From positions 184,142,001 through 184,206,000 of the forward strand of contig NC_086097.1 in the NCBI RefSeq assembly GCF_963921235.1: a stretch of DNA of 64,000 nucleotides. Direction: 5' to 3'. Position 1 is the stretch's first letter. Each line of letters opens with the position of its first letter. This document shows positions 12,789 through 25,502 of the stretch, piece by piece. The notes below the pieces were generated by a model. That model was given only the letters and a program-made list of their open reading frames with translations, was not told where the DNA came from and made no database searches. The DNA is from Mobula hypostoma (lineage: Eukaryota). The position numbers were made by a program, and so were the translations under genes.

Positions 12789-13070
12789 TCCTTAGAAAGA
12801 GGTGACAGGTGAAGATAAAGTTGGTAAAGTTAAGAAACTGCAAGGGTAAAAAGACCCTAATGGGAGTTGTACACAGGTCTCCAAATAGTAGCCAGGATGT
12901 GGAATACAAATTTCAACAGGAGATAGAAAAAAAGTAATGTTACTATAATCATGCAGGATTTCACTATGCAGGTATTTCGGGAAAATGCTTGGATTTATTT
13001 CAGGCAACCTCAAGTATAATTGTTCCAAATGATTCATTCAAAGTATACAGGATAGAACATAAGAGTACAA

Positions 13071-14014
13071 TCATCATCAGTGATCATTTGTAGATGAATA
13101 TGTTTCTTCTCCTGGTGGTTCATCTGGTCATTTGTGGGTCTTGAGATGACTGAAGAGGCTGATCCGTGATCCACAAGTCTTATTGCAGTGTTGGCAGGTG
13201 GAGGTCATTGAAGTGATGGTGGATGTAGCTGGTTGGACCTTTCCCAGTCCCTCCTTACATTGAAGCCGCTTTGTCTCAGCAGCACGGTGGAGGTATTCTT
13301 CGAGCTGTGCAGTCCCCTTATAGACAGTCCTCCTTCAGCTTTTCCTATCCTGTGCTAATTTCTCCCATCCATTCTGGCTCTTCATCAGGTGGGTCTTGAT
13401 GGTGTCCTTGAACCACTTTTTCTGCCCGCCAGGAGTGTGCTTTGCATCCTTGAGTTGTCCAAACAGAAGTTGTTTAGGGAGGCAGGCGTCAGGCATAAGG
13501 ATGACGTGGCTGACCCATGGCAATTGGTGTTGAGTCATGATTGTGGCTATGGAGTTTATATTAGCTTCCTCCAGGATGCTGGAGAAAGCTCATCTATTCT
13601 TCCAGCTAGTGCTCAGAATCTTTCGGAGACATCTTTGATGGTAAGTTTCTAGGAATTTTACGTGCCTGCTGTATGTTGTCCATGACCCCAATCCGTACAG
13701 CAAGGAGGAGAGGGCTATAGCCTTATAGACCAGAAACTTAGTGTTGGTCTTGGTATCCTTCTTTCTCAGCTTGCCAAAAGCTCTACCTCCACAGCCTATT
13801 CTGCAGTTCATTTCAAGGTCAATGTTCACGCCGGCACTTGAAGAAACGGGCTGCGCAGATATGGGAAATGATCAATGTTCTCCAGAGGGATGATGTCATC
13901 TTGGATAGCTGGAGGTTTAGGAGCTTGATCTGGAGCAGATTGGTGCAGATCTAAACATGAAGAAAACCCAAGTCCTGCACCAGCCTGCTCCTGATCAGGC
14001 TCCTACATCTCCAA
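13071..14014 (-). mobile_element. 5'-truncated RTE (BovB-like) LINE with 5' inversion and 10-bp TSD
   Basis: AFGKLR..VYKAIALSSLLYG..HQRCLRKIL and LPKQLLFGQL..GGQKKWFKD. (TGA)n tail; TSD aagagtacaa at 13061-13070 and 14015-14024. Confidence 0.9.
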
Positions 14015-14288
14015 AAGAGTACAACACTGTACAAGCCACTTGGTCTACAATTTTGTGCCAATACTGATGCCAATTTATATTAAATATCCTCATCCTGTGA
14101 ATAATCTTTCTTTCCTTCATATTCATATATCCATCTAAAGTCCTCTTAAATGCCACCAAACTGCTTGATTCCACTCCTACCCCAATAACGTACTGCAGTC
14201 ACCTATCGTTGTTTATGTAAAATAGTTGCCCCTCATGCTGCTTTTAAATTTCCTCCCTTTAAACTTAAAAACATGTCTTCTGGTATTT

Positions 14289-14434
14289 CACAAAAAAACA
14301 GAAAATCTGCAGAGGCTGGAAATCCAAGCAACACACACAAAATACAGGAGGAACTCAGCAGGCCAGGCAGCATTTATGGAAAAGAATACAGTCGATGCTG
14401 CCTGGCCTGCTGAGTTCCTCCTGTATTTTATGTG
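14289..14434. mobile_element. Mini fold-back insertion of a PLE 3' tail within a minus-strand CR1 tail
   Basis: Inverted arms aaaatacaggaggaactcagcaggccaggcagcat / atgctgcctggcctgctgagttcctcctgtatttt. TSD tgtcttctggtattt / tgccttccggtattt. Confidence 0.85.
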
Positions 14435-14469
14435 TGCCTTCCGGTATTTGAGATTTCTATTTTGGGGAA

Positions 14470-14945
14470 AAGTGACTTGGAAATTTTCTTCTATCCACCT
14501 CCTGACTTGTGCTTTTCAAGAACCTTTTCATGGAGTTGCTTGGCGTGTCCTTTTGTCTTAATGGTGTAGATTTTGCCAGGATACTGACTCACCAGCAGTT
14601 GGACCTTCCAGCTACAGGTGTATTTTTACTACAATCAATTGAAACACCTAAACTGCACACAGGTGATCTCCATTTAACTAATTATGTGAATTCTAAAACC
14701 AATTAGCTGCACCAGTGATGACTTGGTATTTTCATATTAAAGGGAGTAAATACTTATGCAAACAATTATTTTGTGTTTTATATTTGTAATTAATTTAGGT
14801 CACATCTGTTTTCACTTTGACATGAAAGAGTCTTTTCCTGTTGATCAGTATCAAAAAAGCCAAATTAAATCCACTGTGATTCAGTGTTGTGAAACAATAA
14901 AACACGAAAACTTCTAAGGGAGGCGAGTACTTTTCACAGGCACTG
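14470..14945 (-). mobile_element. Tc1-like (IR/DR type) transposon left end with transposase N-terminal remnant
   Basis: Terminus cagtgcctgtgaaaagtactc on the minus strand, with an inner repeat at ~14743-14760. Minus translation IKTKGHAKQLHEKVLEKHKSG..KISKSL resembles a Tc1 paired-like N-terminus. Confidence 0.8.
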
Positions 14946-14989
14946 AATTTTGCAACAGTCTCACTGTCAAAGACACTAGCAGTACAGTG

Positions 14990-16640
14990 GAAATTCCAGG
15001 GCATGAAGTGTGTGAAGTTACCATTACCATAGAGAAGATTCTTGGGAAACCTAAATGTCTGAAGGTAGATAAGTCACCTGGATCAGATGGTGAAAGTGGC
15101 TGAAGAGATTGCAGAGCATTAGTAATGATCTTTCAAGAATCACTAGATTCTGGAATGGTTCCAGAGATTGAAAGATTGCAAATGATACTTCACTCTTCAA
15201 GAGGGGAGGGAGGCAGAAGAAAGGAAACTATAGGTCAGTTAGTCTGACCTCGGTGTTTGGGAAGATCTTGGAGTCAATTGCTGAGCATGTGGTTTCCGGG
15301 TACTTGGAGGCACATGATAAAATGAGCCATAGTAAGCATGGTTTCCTCACGGGAAAATCTTGCCTGACAAATCTGTTGGAATTCTTTGAAGAAACAACAA
15401 GCAGTATAGACAAAGAAGAATTGGTTGATGTTGTGTATTTGGATTTTCAAAAGGCCTTTGACAAGGTGCCAAACATGAGGCTGCTTAACAAGCTACAAGC
15501 CCTTGGTATTAAAGGGAAGATTCTAGCATGAATAAAACAGTGGCTGGCAGGCAGAAAGCAAAGAGTGGGAATAAAGGGGGCCTATTCTGGTTGGCTGCCG
15601 CTGACTAGTGGTTTTCCTCAGGGGTCTGGCTTGGGATAGATTCTTTTTACATTATCTGTTAATGACTTGGATGATGGAATTGATAGCTTTGTTACAAAAT
15701 TTGCAGATGATATGAAGGTAGGTGGAGTGACAGGTAGTTTTGAAGAAGTTGAGAGGTTACAGAAGGACTTAAACAGATTAGGAGAATGGGCAAAAAAGTG
15801 GCAGATAGAATACCAAATCCAGAGTGTATAGTCATGCACTTTGGTAGAAGAAATAAAAGGGTTGGCTATTTTCTAGTTAGAGAGAAAATACAAAAAACTG
15901 AGTTGCAAAGGGTCTTAGGAGTGCTTGTGCAGGATTCCTGAAAGGTTAATTTGCAGGTTCAGTCTGTGGTGAGGGTGGCAAATATGATGTTAGCAATTAT
16001 TTCAAGAGGACTAAAATATAAAAACATAGATGTGATGTTGAGACCTTATAGAACACTGGTGAAGCCTCACTTGGAGTATTGTGAGCAGTTCTGGGCCCCT
16101 TATCTTAGAAAGGATGTGCTGAAACTGGAAAAGACTCAAAGTGAGTCCACAGAAGTGATTCCAGGTTTGAACAGACTGTTGTATGAGGCATGTTTGATGG
16201 CTCTGGGCCAGTATCCACTGCAATTCAGAAGAATGAGGGGTGACCTCATTGAAACCTTTCGAATGGTGAAAGACATTGATAGAGTGAATGTGGAAAGGAT
16301 GTTTCCTATGATGGGAGAGTCTAAGAACAGAGGAGACAGCCTCAGGACAGAGAGGCATCCTTTTAGAATGGAGTTGAAGGGGAATTTCTTTAGCAAGAGA
16401 GTGCTGAATCTGTGGAATTCTTTGCTACAGGTAGCTGTAGAAGCCAAGACTTTATTTATATTTAAGGCAGAGGTCAATAGATTCTTGACTGGTCAGGGCA
16501 TGAAGGGACATGGGGGGGAAAGTAGGAGATTGGGTCTGAGAGGACAAATAGATCAGCCATGATGAAACGTTGAAGCAGACTCAGTGGGACAAACTACCTA
16601 ATTCTGCTCCTATATCTCATGGTCTTATGGTCTTACTACT
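14990..16640 (+). mobile_element. CR1 LINE RT region and 3' end
   Basis: HGFLTGKSCLTNLLEFFE..VYLDFQKAFDKVP, FADD and the C-terminus (15951..16562); tail catggtcttatggtctta. Confidence 0.93.
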
Positions 16641-17319
16641 GTCCTTGTTCTTTCTCCTTACCAGAATATTCTGATCCTGAGCTATGCTCAGCTGCTCTTT
16701 AAACAACTCCCATATGTTAGACGTGAACTTGACTGACAATAGCTGCTCCCAATCAATGCCTCTTCATTCCTGTTTTCTTCTGTCATAATTTGCCCTCCCC
16801 TATTTTAATACCTTTCCAGAAGATAGTCTTTAATTTCAGAATATCTTCTAAGTAGGCTCCAGCAAAGGGATTGCTTCAAATTAATTTGATATTCAATATA
16901 GTATACTTTCTGGTTTAAAAAAAACATTAGAACAAAAACATTCAAATCATTCCACAAGGAAATCCAGATGAAGAGAGTTTCCAGATGGATTGTGGAAACG
17001 TGACTCATGCATAGGTGCTTACCTGATGTAATCAAACTCAGTAATTGCTTCCGCCTTGTCTAATTTATGTTTGTATTTGAAATTTGGAAAATAGGAAGGA
17101 ATTGATTCCACACAGAGGCAAATATTTACAATGTGTAGTACATATCTAATTTTTCTTAGAGTATGATTTTAAAAATAATCATTGTTCCCTTTTGCATTCA
17201 GTTATTAATGCACCTAAGGCATTTGTAATAACAATCAAACATTGTCATGTATTCAATGTAATTAATAATTGTTTTTCAATATCTTATTGAATTATTTTCA
17301 CTACAATTAATTCTGAAGG

Positions 17320-17875
17320 CAGAAGGGTGGGGAAGTGAATGATGTGAGAGGCTGGGAGGTGATTGGTGGAAGGCCTACCAAGCGCTAACAGAGAAGGAAT
17401 CTGAGAGGTGAGGACAGTGAACTGTGGAATAAATGAAAGGAGGTGGGAAACAGAAGTAAGACTGTGAAGCTGATGGGAAAGTCATCAGGGCATGGGAAGG
17501 GAAAGAGAAGGGGTAAAGGAGAATTCTGCAGAATTCCTGTTGTTTGGGTAAAGGAGCCTCTTTTTTTCAGAAAACTCTGCTCCCCCTCCACTGCTATCAA
17601 TGCAGCTCACACCTGTACCTCTTCCATTTCCCAGATGTCTGCTCTCAACCCCTCCCCCCGCCCCCACCGCCACCACAAGGAGAGAGATCCACTTGTGCTC
17701 ATCTACCACTCCATGAGCTTTTGTATCCAAAACTTCCACCATCTCTAATGGGACCCACCACCAGACTACCCACACTTCCACTCTCCACTTTCCACAGGGA
17801 TTGTCCTCTCCACAACTGGCCTGTCTGCTGGTCCCTACATACTGATAGACTCCGGGCACTTATAACTGCAATCAT
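17320..17875. mobile_element. Older PLE fragments in opposite orientations
   Basis: A purine-rich minus-strand UTR-like part (17320-17520), then ctgcagaattcctgttgttt (PLE tail), then plus-strand STAINAA..RDPLVLIYH similar to the PLE ORF. Confidence 0.65.
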
Positions 17876-18174
17876 GTGCTCTTAAGGAAATAAAGCACTG
17901 TTAAAGGCGCCTTCTTTTGAGGGAGGCTTTAAAATGATGTCTTGTCTTCCACCTTGGGACTTAGTAACATATCCTGTTGAACTTTTGAATGCTAGACTTT
18001 CCTAACATTTATTCCTCAACGGGCACAATGAAAAACATATTTTTGGTCCAAGTAGCTCATCACTGTGCAGCTGCAGTAAATTATCTACCATGTTTCCTCA
18101 CAACAGAAGTGACTATACTTCAAAAGTATTTTATTGGTCATGAGGTTCACTGGGATATCCTGAGATTATGAGAT

Positions 18175-18202
<28 letters not shown>
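18175..18202. repeat. (TA)14 microsatellite
   Basis: Read directly from the sequence. Confidence 0.95.
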
Positions 18203-18206
<4 letters not shown>

Positions 18207-18879
18207 AGTTATTTTTTTTATCTAATTCATTTGCAGTGAATTAGATATAAAGAATAACAGGTATGTTGAAGTGATTATGATGAGTTCTGTCTCCAGTGCC
18301 TGTAACCTAAAGCTTGCAATCAATTATTTTTATGACAATCATTTGTATCTACCACTTACTGCTTTAACATATGATAATATAGTAGCATTATTTTTGTACT
18401 GAAGTTCGACTGGTTGTAGCTGTTATCTGTATGGAAGGTGTTTCATTTCTTGTGTTGATATCATCGTTGACATCAATGGGCTGTGTGCTCAATTCAAGGT
18501 TTGGCTGATATACAACTCAGACTGAAAAACTGGATTTGTGAAGAAATGCTGCAAGATTGCTGGGATTTATTTTTAAATTAAAAAAAAGTGGTACAGTTGT
18601 ACATCAGATTTTACAGTTGTGCAAATAAAGTTCTTGATTTTACAGAACTGAAGTAGTAGGAATTAACATTAACAGAAACATTTGGAAGCACTCAATGAAT
18701 TAGATAGGATATGCAGAAAAAAGTGAATTAAAGATCAATGAAACCCTTCATCAAATAACATTAACCTAAATTTTCTTGAAATTAGTAGATAACCAATTAG
18801 CTTGTGTCCTGAAGTTATGCAGAAGTTTCTCGATGAGGCAATCAATTATTATTGTTATTGTGGAAAAAAACTAGAGCAA

Positions 18880-20005
18880 CATCTGGAGAATGCACTTCTC
18901 CGCAAAAGTGGGATGTGGTCTGCATGGATTTTCATAAAACATTTGCAAAAGTGCTTGACCCTCATGGTAGGCTGGTCCAAAATATCAAGTTAAATTGGGT
19001 CCACAGTGAGTTGAGTACAAAATTGCCTTAGTCATAGAAAGCAAACAATCATGGTGGAAGGTTTTTTCTCTGTCTGGAGGTCAGTGACTAGCAGTGTTCT
19101 GTAGCTGCCAGAGGTAGGACCTTTGGTTGTTTGTGATATACATGAATAATTTGGATGGAATTGTAGATGGTCTGATTAGTACATTTGCAGATAACATGAA
19201 AATTGGTAGAATTGTGGATAGTGAGGAAGGTTGGCGAATGATACAGCAGGATATAGAAATATCAGATGGAGTTTTATCTGGATAAATGTAAAGTGTTGCA
19301 TTTTGGAAAATCAAATGCAAGGGAAAAGTATACAGTAAATGGCAAGGTCAATAAGAACATTGATATGGGGTACAAGGTCCATGAAAGCAGAGGCACGCTT
19401 GCCCTCTTTGAACATGGCACTGAGCAGATAATTCAGGAAGACATATTGCAGCTGTATGTATAAAATTTTAGTTAGGCCACGTTTAGAGAATTTTGTGCAG
19501 TTCTGATTGCTGCATTATAGTAAGGATACAGAGGTTTTGGAGAGAGAGCAGAAAAGATGCCTGTACTGAAGAGTATTACCTATAGGGAGAGGATGGACAA
19601 CTTGGATTATTTTTAACGGAGTATCAGAGGCTGAGGAGAGAACTAATATATGTATACAAAAGTATGAGCAGTATCTATAGGATAGAAAGTCTTTTATCCC
19701 ATGATACAAAGGTCTAATACCAGAGCACATTGCTTTATCATGAAAGGGGGAAAGTTTAACGGAGATTTGCAATACAAATCTTCTTCCAGAGTGTGGCAGG
19801 TGCCTGGAACATTCTACCACAGGAGTGCAAGAAGTAGACTCAATGGTAATGTTTAAGAGGCACCTAGACAGACATATGATCTAGCAGGGAATAGAAGGAT
19901 ACAGACCATGTACAGGCAGCTGGGATCCGTTATACTGGTAATCATGTCAGTACAGAAATGATGGACCATAATGGCTTTTCCAACACTGTATGTTCTATGT
20001 TCTAA
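18880..20005 (+). mobile_element. Degenerate CR1 RT and 3' end
   Basis: MEFYLDKCKVLHFGKSN; tail tatgttctatgttcta. Confidence 0.85.
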
Positions 20006-21499
20006 AACGCTGAAGATGCCATTCCTTCAGGTTTTTAAAATTCCAAGTCCTTTCAAAAACAGTAACATCCATTTTGCCTTATTTGTTAAATCTTATTTTA
20101 ACTTACTTTCTTTACTGAGTCTTTGCTTAGCCATCTTGATTGGCTAAGCTGGGTGATTGATACTTTAAACCAACTGATGAAACACAGACCACAAGGACAA
20201 AAGCGGCTAGCATATTACAACACTATGACCTGCACAACATCCTAACATGGAATATAGTGTCTTTGTTCCTTTATTGTCACTGATCATTAACTTAGAGCTC
20301 CCTATCCAATACTATTGTGGGAGTACCTTCATCAAAGGCTTGAGGAAGTTGAAGAAGGTGCCTCATCACTACCTTCATGAGGGCAATTAGGGGTGTTATT
20401 TTCTAAAATTAACATCAGAAGCAATTAAACTTATCGAAAAATGCCTACCAAAAATATCACTCAGTCATTGCTGACGCCTATCTTCATGGTCAAGATCATC
20501 TTGCTTCTACCCATAGTCCAATAAAGCTAACTGTCAGTGTTCAGCTATATTTTTTGCATTTATAGCTAAAATGCAATGATCTTATGGGAATTAAAATATG
20601 TGATTATCATTCTTCACAATTCCATGAAAGATAATTTTATTAATGTGTTGTTTCATTCGAGATCCAAAGTGTGGCACTCATTCAAAGTACACACAACATT
20701 CTTTGTGGAATTGGTCACCTTGCTTCCATACAGAACACATCATAAAATTGATCACAGAGAATTCTACTGATATAGTCAGCATGTTCGCTAGCTCGGGTGC
20801 CAGTGCATAGTTAACAATCATGACATTTGCAAAGAAATCTATTCACTTTAAGATATTCTGCTACTAGGTCACCAGTGCCATTGTATCTAAGCCTGAATGG
20901 CACAAAACTTTGAGAATACAGCAGTCCTGTGAATGCCTTTTGTATTAACTTGGAGGAAGAGAGGAATTAAAAGTCAATTTCCTCTTGTTTCTTAAGAAAA
21001 GGCAACTGTAATCATATGCAGAGGAAAACGGGCAGAGCAAGAAGATACAGCAGAAGACACTTGGTATATACCGTATTACATTTCTATCTGATTGAGGGAT
21101 CCCATAGATGTAAAAATGCACAGGTCTCCTGTAAAATCTAATCCACTATTTGTTTGCTGTCGACAGCCAATGTTGAGTGACTAATTTTCAGAAATCAGGA
21201 AAAAAAGAAAGCTACTTTGTGTAGCACCTAAAAATTCAATTAATTGACTCACAGAGCATTTTGTGCAGTACCTACAACAATTTCAATCAGAAATAAACAA
21301 TAAAAAAATCAGTACTTACTGATGAAGTCTGTTTTTTACCCTTCAAAATTCATATATATCTATCAGGTTAACATAAAGAGAATCTCTGATTCACACTATG
21401 GCATCTGGCAGTGTGCATTTCATATCTGAACACCATTTCTATGATTTTAATCCATATATCCATAGCTGGCAGATGATAAACCCAAGGGATAGAGCAGAT

Positions 21500-22140
21500 A
21501 ATGGAAATCCAGAGCACCACACAAAATGCTGGAATAGCTCAGCAAGTCAGGCAGCATCTATGGGGGGAGTAAACAGTTGACAATTCAGGTTGAGGCCCTG
21601 CTCCAGGACTGGAAACTGAAGGGGAAGTAGGCAGAAGAAGAAGTTGGGGGGGGGGGGGGGGAGGGGAGGTAATACAAACTGGCAGGTGATCCATAAAACC
21701 AGGTGACAAGGAATTTGTGTGGCTGGTGGAGGAGGTATGAAGTGACAATCTGTTAGGTGATAGATGGAAAAGGTAAAGGGCTGGAGAAGAAGGAATTTGA
21801 TATGAATTTGATAGAAGAGACAGGAGAGAGGACCATGGGAGGAATGGAAGGAAGAGGGCCACCAGAAGGAGGTGTTGGGTAGCTGAGGAGAAGGAAAGGG
21901 ATGTGAGGGGAATTGGAATATGGAATGGAAAAGAGAGAAGGGGGAGGGGTGAGAAATTAATTAAAGTTAGAGAATTCAATGTTCTTGCCATCAAGTTAGA
22001 GGCTACCCAGGCACAACACATATAAGGTACTGCTTCTCCAACCTGTGGCAGTAGAGGAGCCCAGTGTCTGGCATGTCAGATTGGGAACGGGGAATAGAAT
22101 TAAAATGGGTTGTCACTGGGAAATCCTGATTGTTGTGGCG
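21500..22140 (-). mobile_element. Older PLE 3' fragment with degenerate HHR
   Basis: Similar to 10200-10790. Confidence 0.8.
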
Positions 22141-23192
22141 GATGAGTACATCTCAGAACACTGAGTCCACCTCCAGCAATTCATATGCTAACATCCTGCA
22201 ATGCCCCTTCCATATCCCAGTACCCTTTACTTAACTCTAGACACGCTTTTCAGCTTCTAGTCAACTGAAATACCACCTCTCCCGCTGGACGCCGCACCAA
22301 ACTTGATATTCCTCTGCAGTAGATCCATTGCATGGCTGAGTGCACAAAGATACAGTTCTTAGGCACAGACTGTATATATAACTTGGGTGCATAAGACTTT
22401 GTGTAGTACTGCAGTAATTTTATGGATTGCACTGTCCTGCTGCCACAAAAAACAAAACAAATCTCATGACTTATGTGAGTGACTTACCTCATGACTCTGA
22501 TTCTGATATGTGTCTCTATGGTGGACTGAGAGTAGAAAGGGGAGATGGAGAGGGGAGGGGAAGGAAGCACCAGAGAGATATTCTGTAATGATCAATAAAC
22601 CAATCGTTTGGAATCAAATGACCATGCCTGGTGTCTCAGGGCTGGGTGTGCCCGTTCACCCCAAGCACTCCTTCTCTGCCACCTGTCCCACACCCCTCCT
22701 GAGGTGCTCCGCTCTCACCATTCCCAACATCAATGCTTCCACCAGATTTACATACTTAATCTCTGCCCTACATTGACAAATGCAGTACTGTGCAAAAGTA
22801 TTATAGTCATCCTAGCTATAAGGTGTAAAGCTATAATCCTAGCATCTACGTGCTTATATACTTTGTAATGGTGGTACCTTAACAAGCTCAGGCCTAAATT
22901 TATTGCCATACGCGGGTATAAATGCCATGCAAATGAGCTTTTTTGCAACGACAATACCTAAAAAGCCTGATAAATATAAATTACATAAACTTATATCAAC
23001 CCATACCTCACAAGACAAAATAAGCAAAAGTAATATAACATTAGTACTATTTGAAGAAAATATAGTCTGAGGTAGAATTACAGTATTTCAGGTCAATTCA
23101 AGAACCGAAAGGCAGTAGGAACAAAGCTGCTGTTCAGGTGTTTATCTTCAGGTTCCTGTACTTCCTGCCTGATGGCATCAATGAGTAGGTTG

Positions 23193-25502
23193 TGTAACGG
23201 TCTTTGCCCCACTGACCCCCTTTGCCTAGGGTGAATAGTCGTCAACCCCGCCAAACAGTGCAACTGCTTTGGTGCGGATAAGGTGTGAGTCGCCCAATGA
23301 TCAGCAACAACACAAATATGAAACAATATACAAAGAAGTGTGAGTAAAGGATTATACTTTATAGCAAATTTTTGGTAATGGGTTAGTAGCAACAACTACA
23401 CGAAAAGGCGCCACATAAGTAACTTATCAGTCTTGTGCACATAATATTTTAATATGTTGGAGCTCACGCCTCCGATTCCATCCACAACTTCCTTCTGAGA
23501 CTCCGACCACCCTCCGAACCCCCGAGGTCCGGTGTCCGCCACCTGGGAACCACCGTCCGTTCCTCACACGTCCGTCCTTTCTGCTCGTCTCCCGATAAAG
23601 CCCGTGCTCCTCAACTCAGCACACATACACAAGATATCAGAACATGACTTCCATTGGCTAACAAATGAATACAATTTCCATTATCACTCTGTATAACCCA
23701 AACATTGCAGTTACAGAGAACCCCTTGCTCAGCAGTTAACATTACGAGAAGCCACTTTAATATAACACTTCAGAGAAGCCATCTTGGTAATAAGCGATCA
23801 ACAGTTAACAGTCCACCTATTATACTGAGAGCCCTACATTCTACCCCCACCGAAATAAGTCATGCCCTCATGACGCTCAGATAATTCACCATCCCTTCCT
23901 GCAGAGCACACAGCCCAATCCACGTGCAGAAAGCAATGATCTGACTCCCCAGCATAGTAGAGATCACACCTTGTTCCCTGGGTGCTACATTGACCAACCT
24001 CTCTGGGGGTTTCCAACTCCTCTGAGGTCTATGCACCCCCTCGTCTACCCATTCTGCCTCGGACACTACAGGGGACCCTTTGAAACTACAAGGCAAATCC
24101 TCTCCCGAGTAGTCACCCAAGCCCCTCTGCACCTCGGAACCCTCTATCTCTGGTTCAGGCCCTACATCCTCTCCTCCAGCATCCTGCGGTGCCACGGACT
24201 GCCCCTCAGTAGCCCCTTCTAACCCAGTGCAGGAAAGGCCAGGAGTCTCTTCCTCCATCCCGGGAGCATCAGCGAACAGCAGAATATACCAACCATCCCA
24301 GTCATCATCTTCTGAATCAGTATCCCTCACAGGGGTTGGGCCCGGGCCCGTCTCTCCCAGGGTAGGCACATCCTCCACTCTGCGGGGATGCAGAGTCTTG
24401 GTACTGAGTGCAGCCGCCTCGTCAGGCTCCCGATCTACCTGCACATCTTGCCCCGGGGCAACAGATGATTCCGATAGAGAATCTCGACAGGCCCCTTTCC
24501 ATCCTCAGGCCGTACCCGGATGAGGACCCGGTCTCCCAGCAGGAGTTGAGACAACTTTACTTTCTGGTCGTATCTCCTCTCATTACCTTGATTCTGCTAG
24601 GCGGCAGCCTCCGCAGCCAACTTGTAAGCTATTTTCAGTCCTTGCCTCATATCAGACACATACTTCAAGTAAGGCTTCAGTGACACCTCACCCGCATCAG
24701 TCCCGAAACAAAGGTCAATGGGCAACCTTGCCTCACTCCCAAACATAAGATAATAGGGCAAGTAACCAGTAGCTTCATTGCGTGTACAATTGTAACAGTG
24801 AACTAGATGCCCAATAAGTCGACTCCAACGATTCTTTTTGCTGATCTCCAGAGTCCCGAGCATGTCTGGTAGTGTCCGATTGAACCTTTCCGGCTGGGGA
24901 TCACCCTGCGGATGATAGGGTGTGGTCCTTGACTTCTCAACCCCCAGCATGCCCAGCAACTCATAGATGAGTTTGCTCTCAAAGTCTCATCCCTGGTCAC
25001 TATGGATCCGCTGAGGAAGACCAGAATGCACAAAATACTTCTCCCAGAGCACTTTTGCCACTGTAGTCGCCCTCTAATCCCTACACACCAGGTCCAAAGG
25101 CCCCGCACTCTGCAAGTGGGACAAAGGGGCAGCCTGCCCGGGCAGCGTCTTCTGTTGTATGCAACGAATGCAGGACTTGCAGTACTCTTCAACCTCTGTC
25201 CTCATTCCGGGCCAGTACAACCGATCCTTGAACAATCCATAGGTCTTTTCCACCCCCAAATGTCCAGAGTCATCATGGAGGGTCTTCAACACAACCTTCC
25301 GATACTTCTCCAGCAAGACCAGCTGCCAGCACCGAGGTCGGTCCGGGGATGACTGTATAACCCAAACATTGCAGTTTCAGAGAACCCCTTGCTCAGCAGT
25401 TAACATTATGAGAAGCCATTTTAATATAACACTTCAGAGAAGCCATTTTGGTAATAAGCGATCAACAGTTAACAGTCCATCTAGTATACTGAGAACCCTA
25501 CA
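23193..25502 (-). mobile_element. Internally deleted Gypsy/Ty3 LTR retrotransposon with 4-bp TSD (gttg)
   Basis: Full 3' LTR at 23193-23838 (TG..CA) with a polypurine tract (PPT) at 23839-23851. Integrase remnants: H..SGHLG..C..C and TTPYHPQGDPQPERFNRTL. Partial 5' LTR at 25353-25502; TSDs at 23189-23192 and 25503-25506. Sits inside a minus-strand Rex1-like fragment. Confidence 0.93.

Larger units (their letters stand above)
8850..13000 (+). mobile_element. Decayed CR1 5' half (ORF1 esterase and start of ORF2 APE), interrupted by the PLE palindrome
   Basis: AVIGDFIVRG (SGNH-esterase-like ORF1) and VLYLNTRSIRNKVDDL..ITEWW (APE). The sequence resumes at 12804 (gttaagaaactgcaagggtaaaaagaccct), matching the uninterrupted CR1 at 45820-45960. 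Confidence 0.88.
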
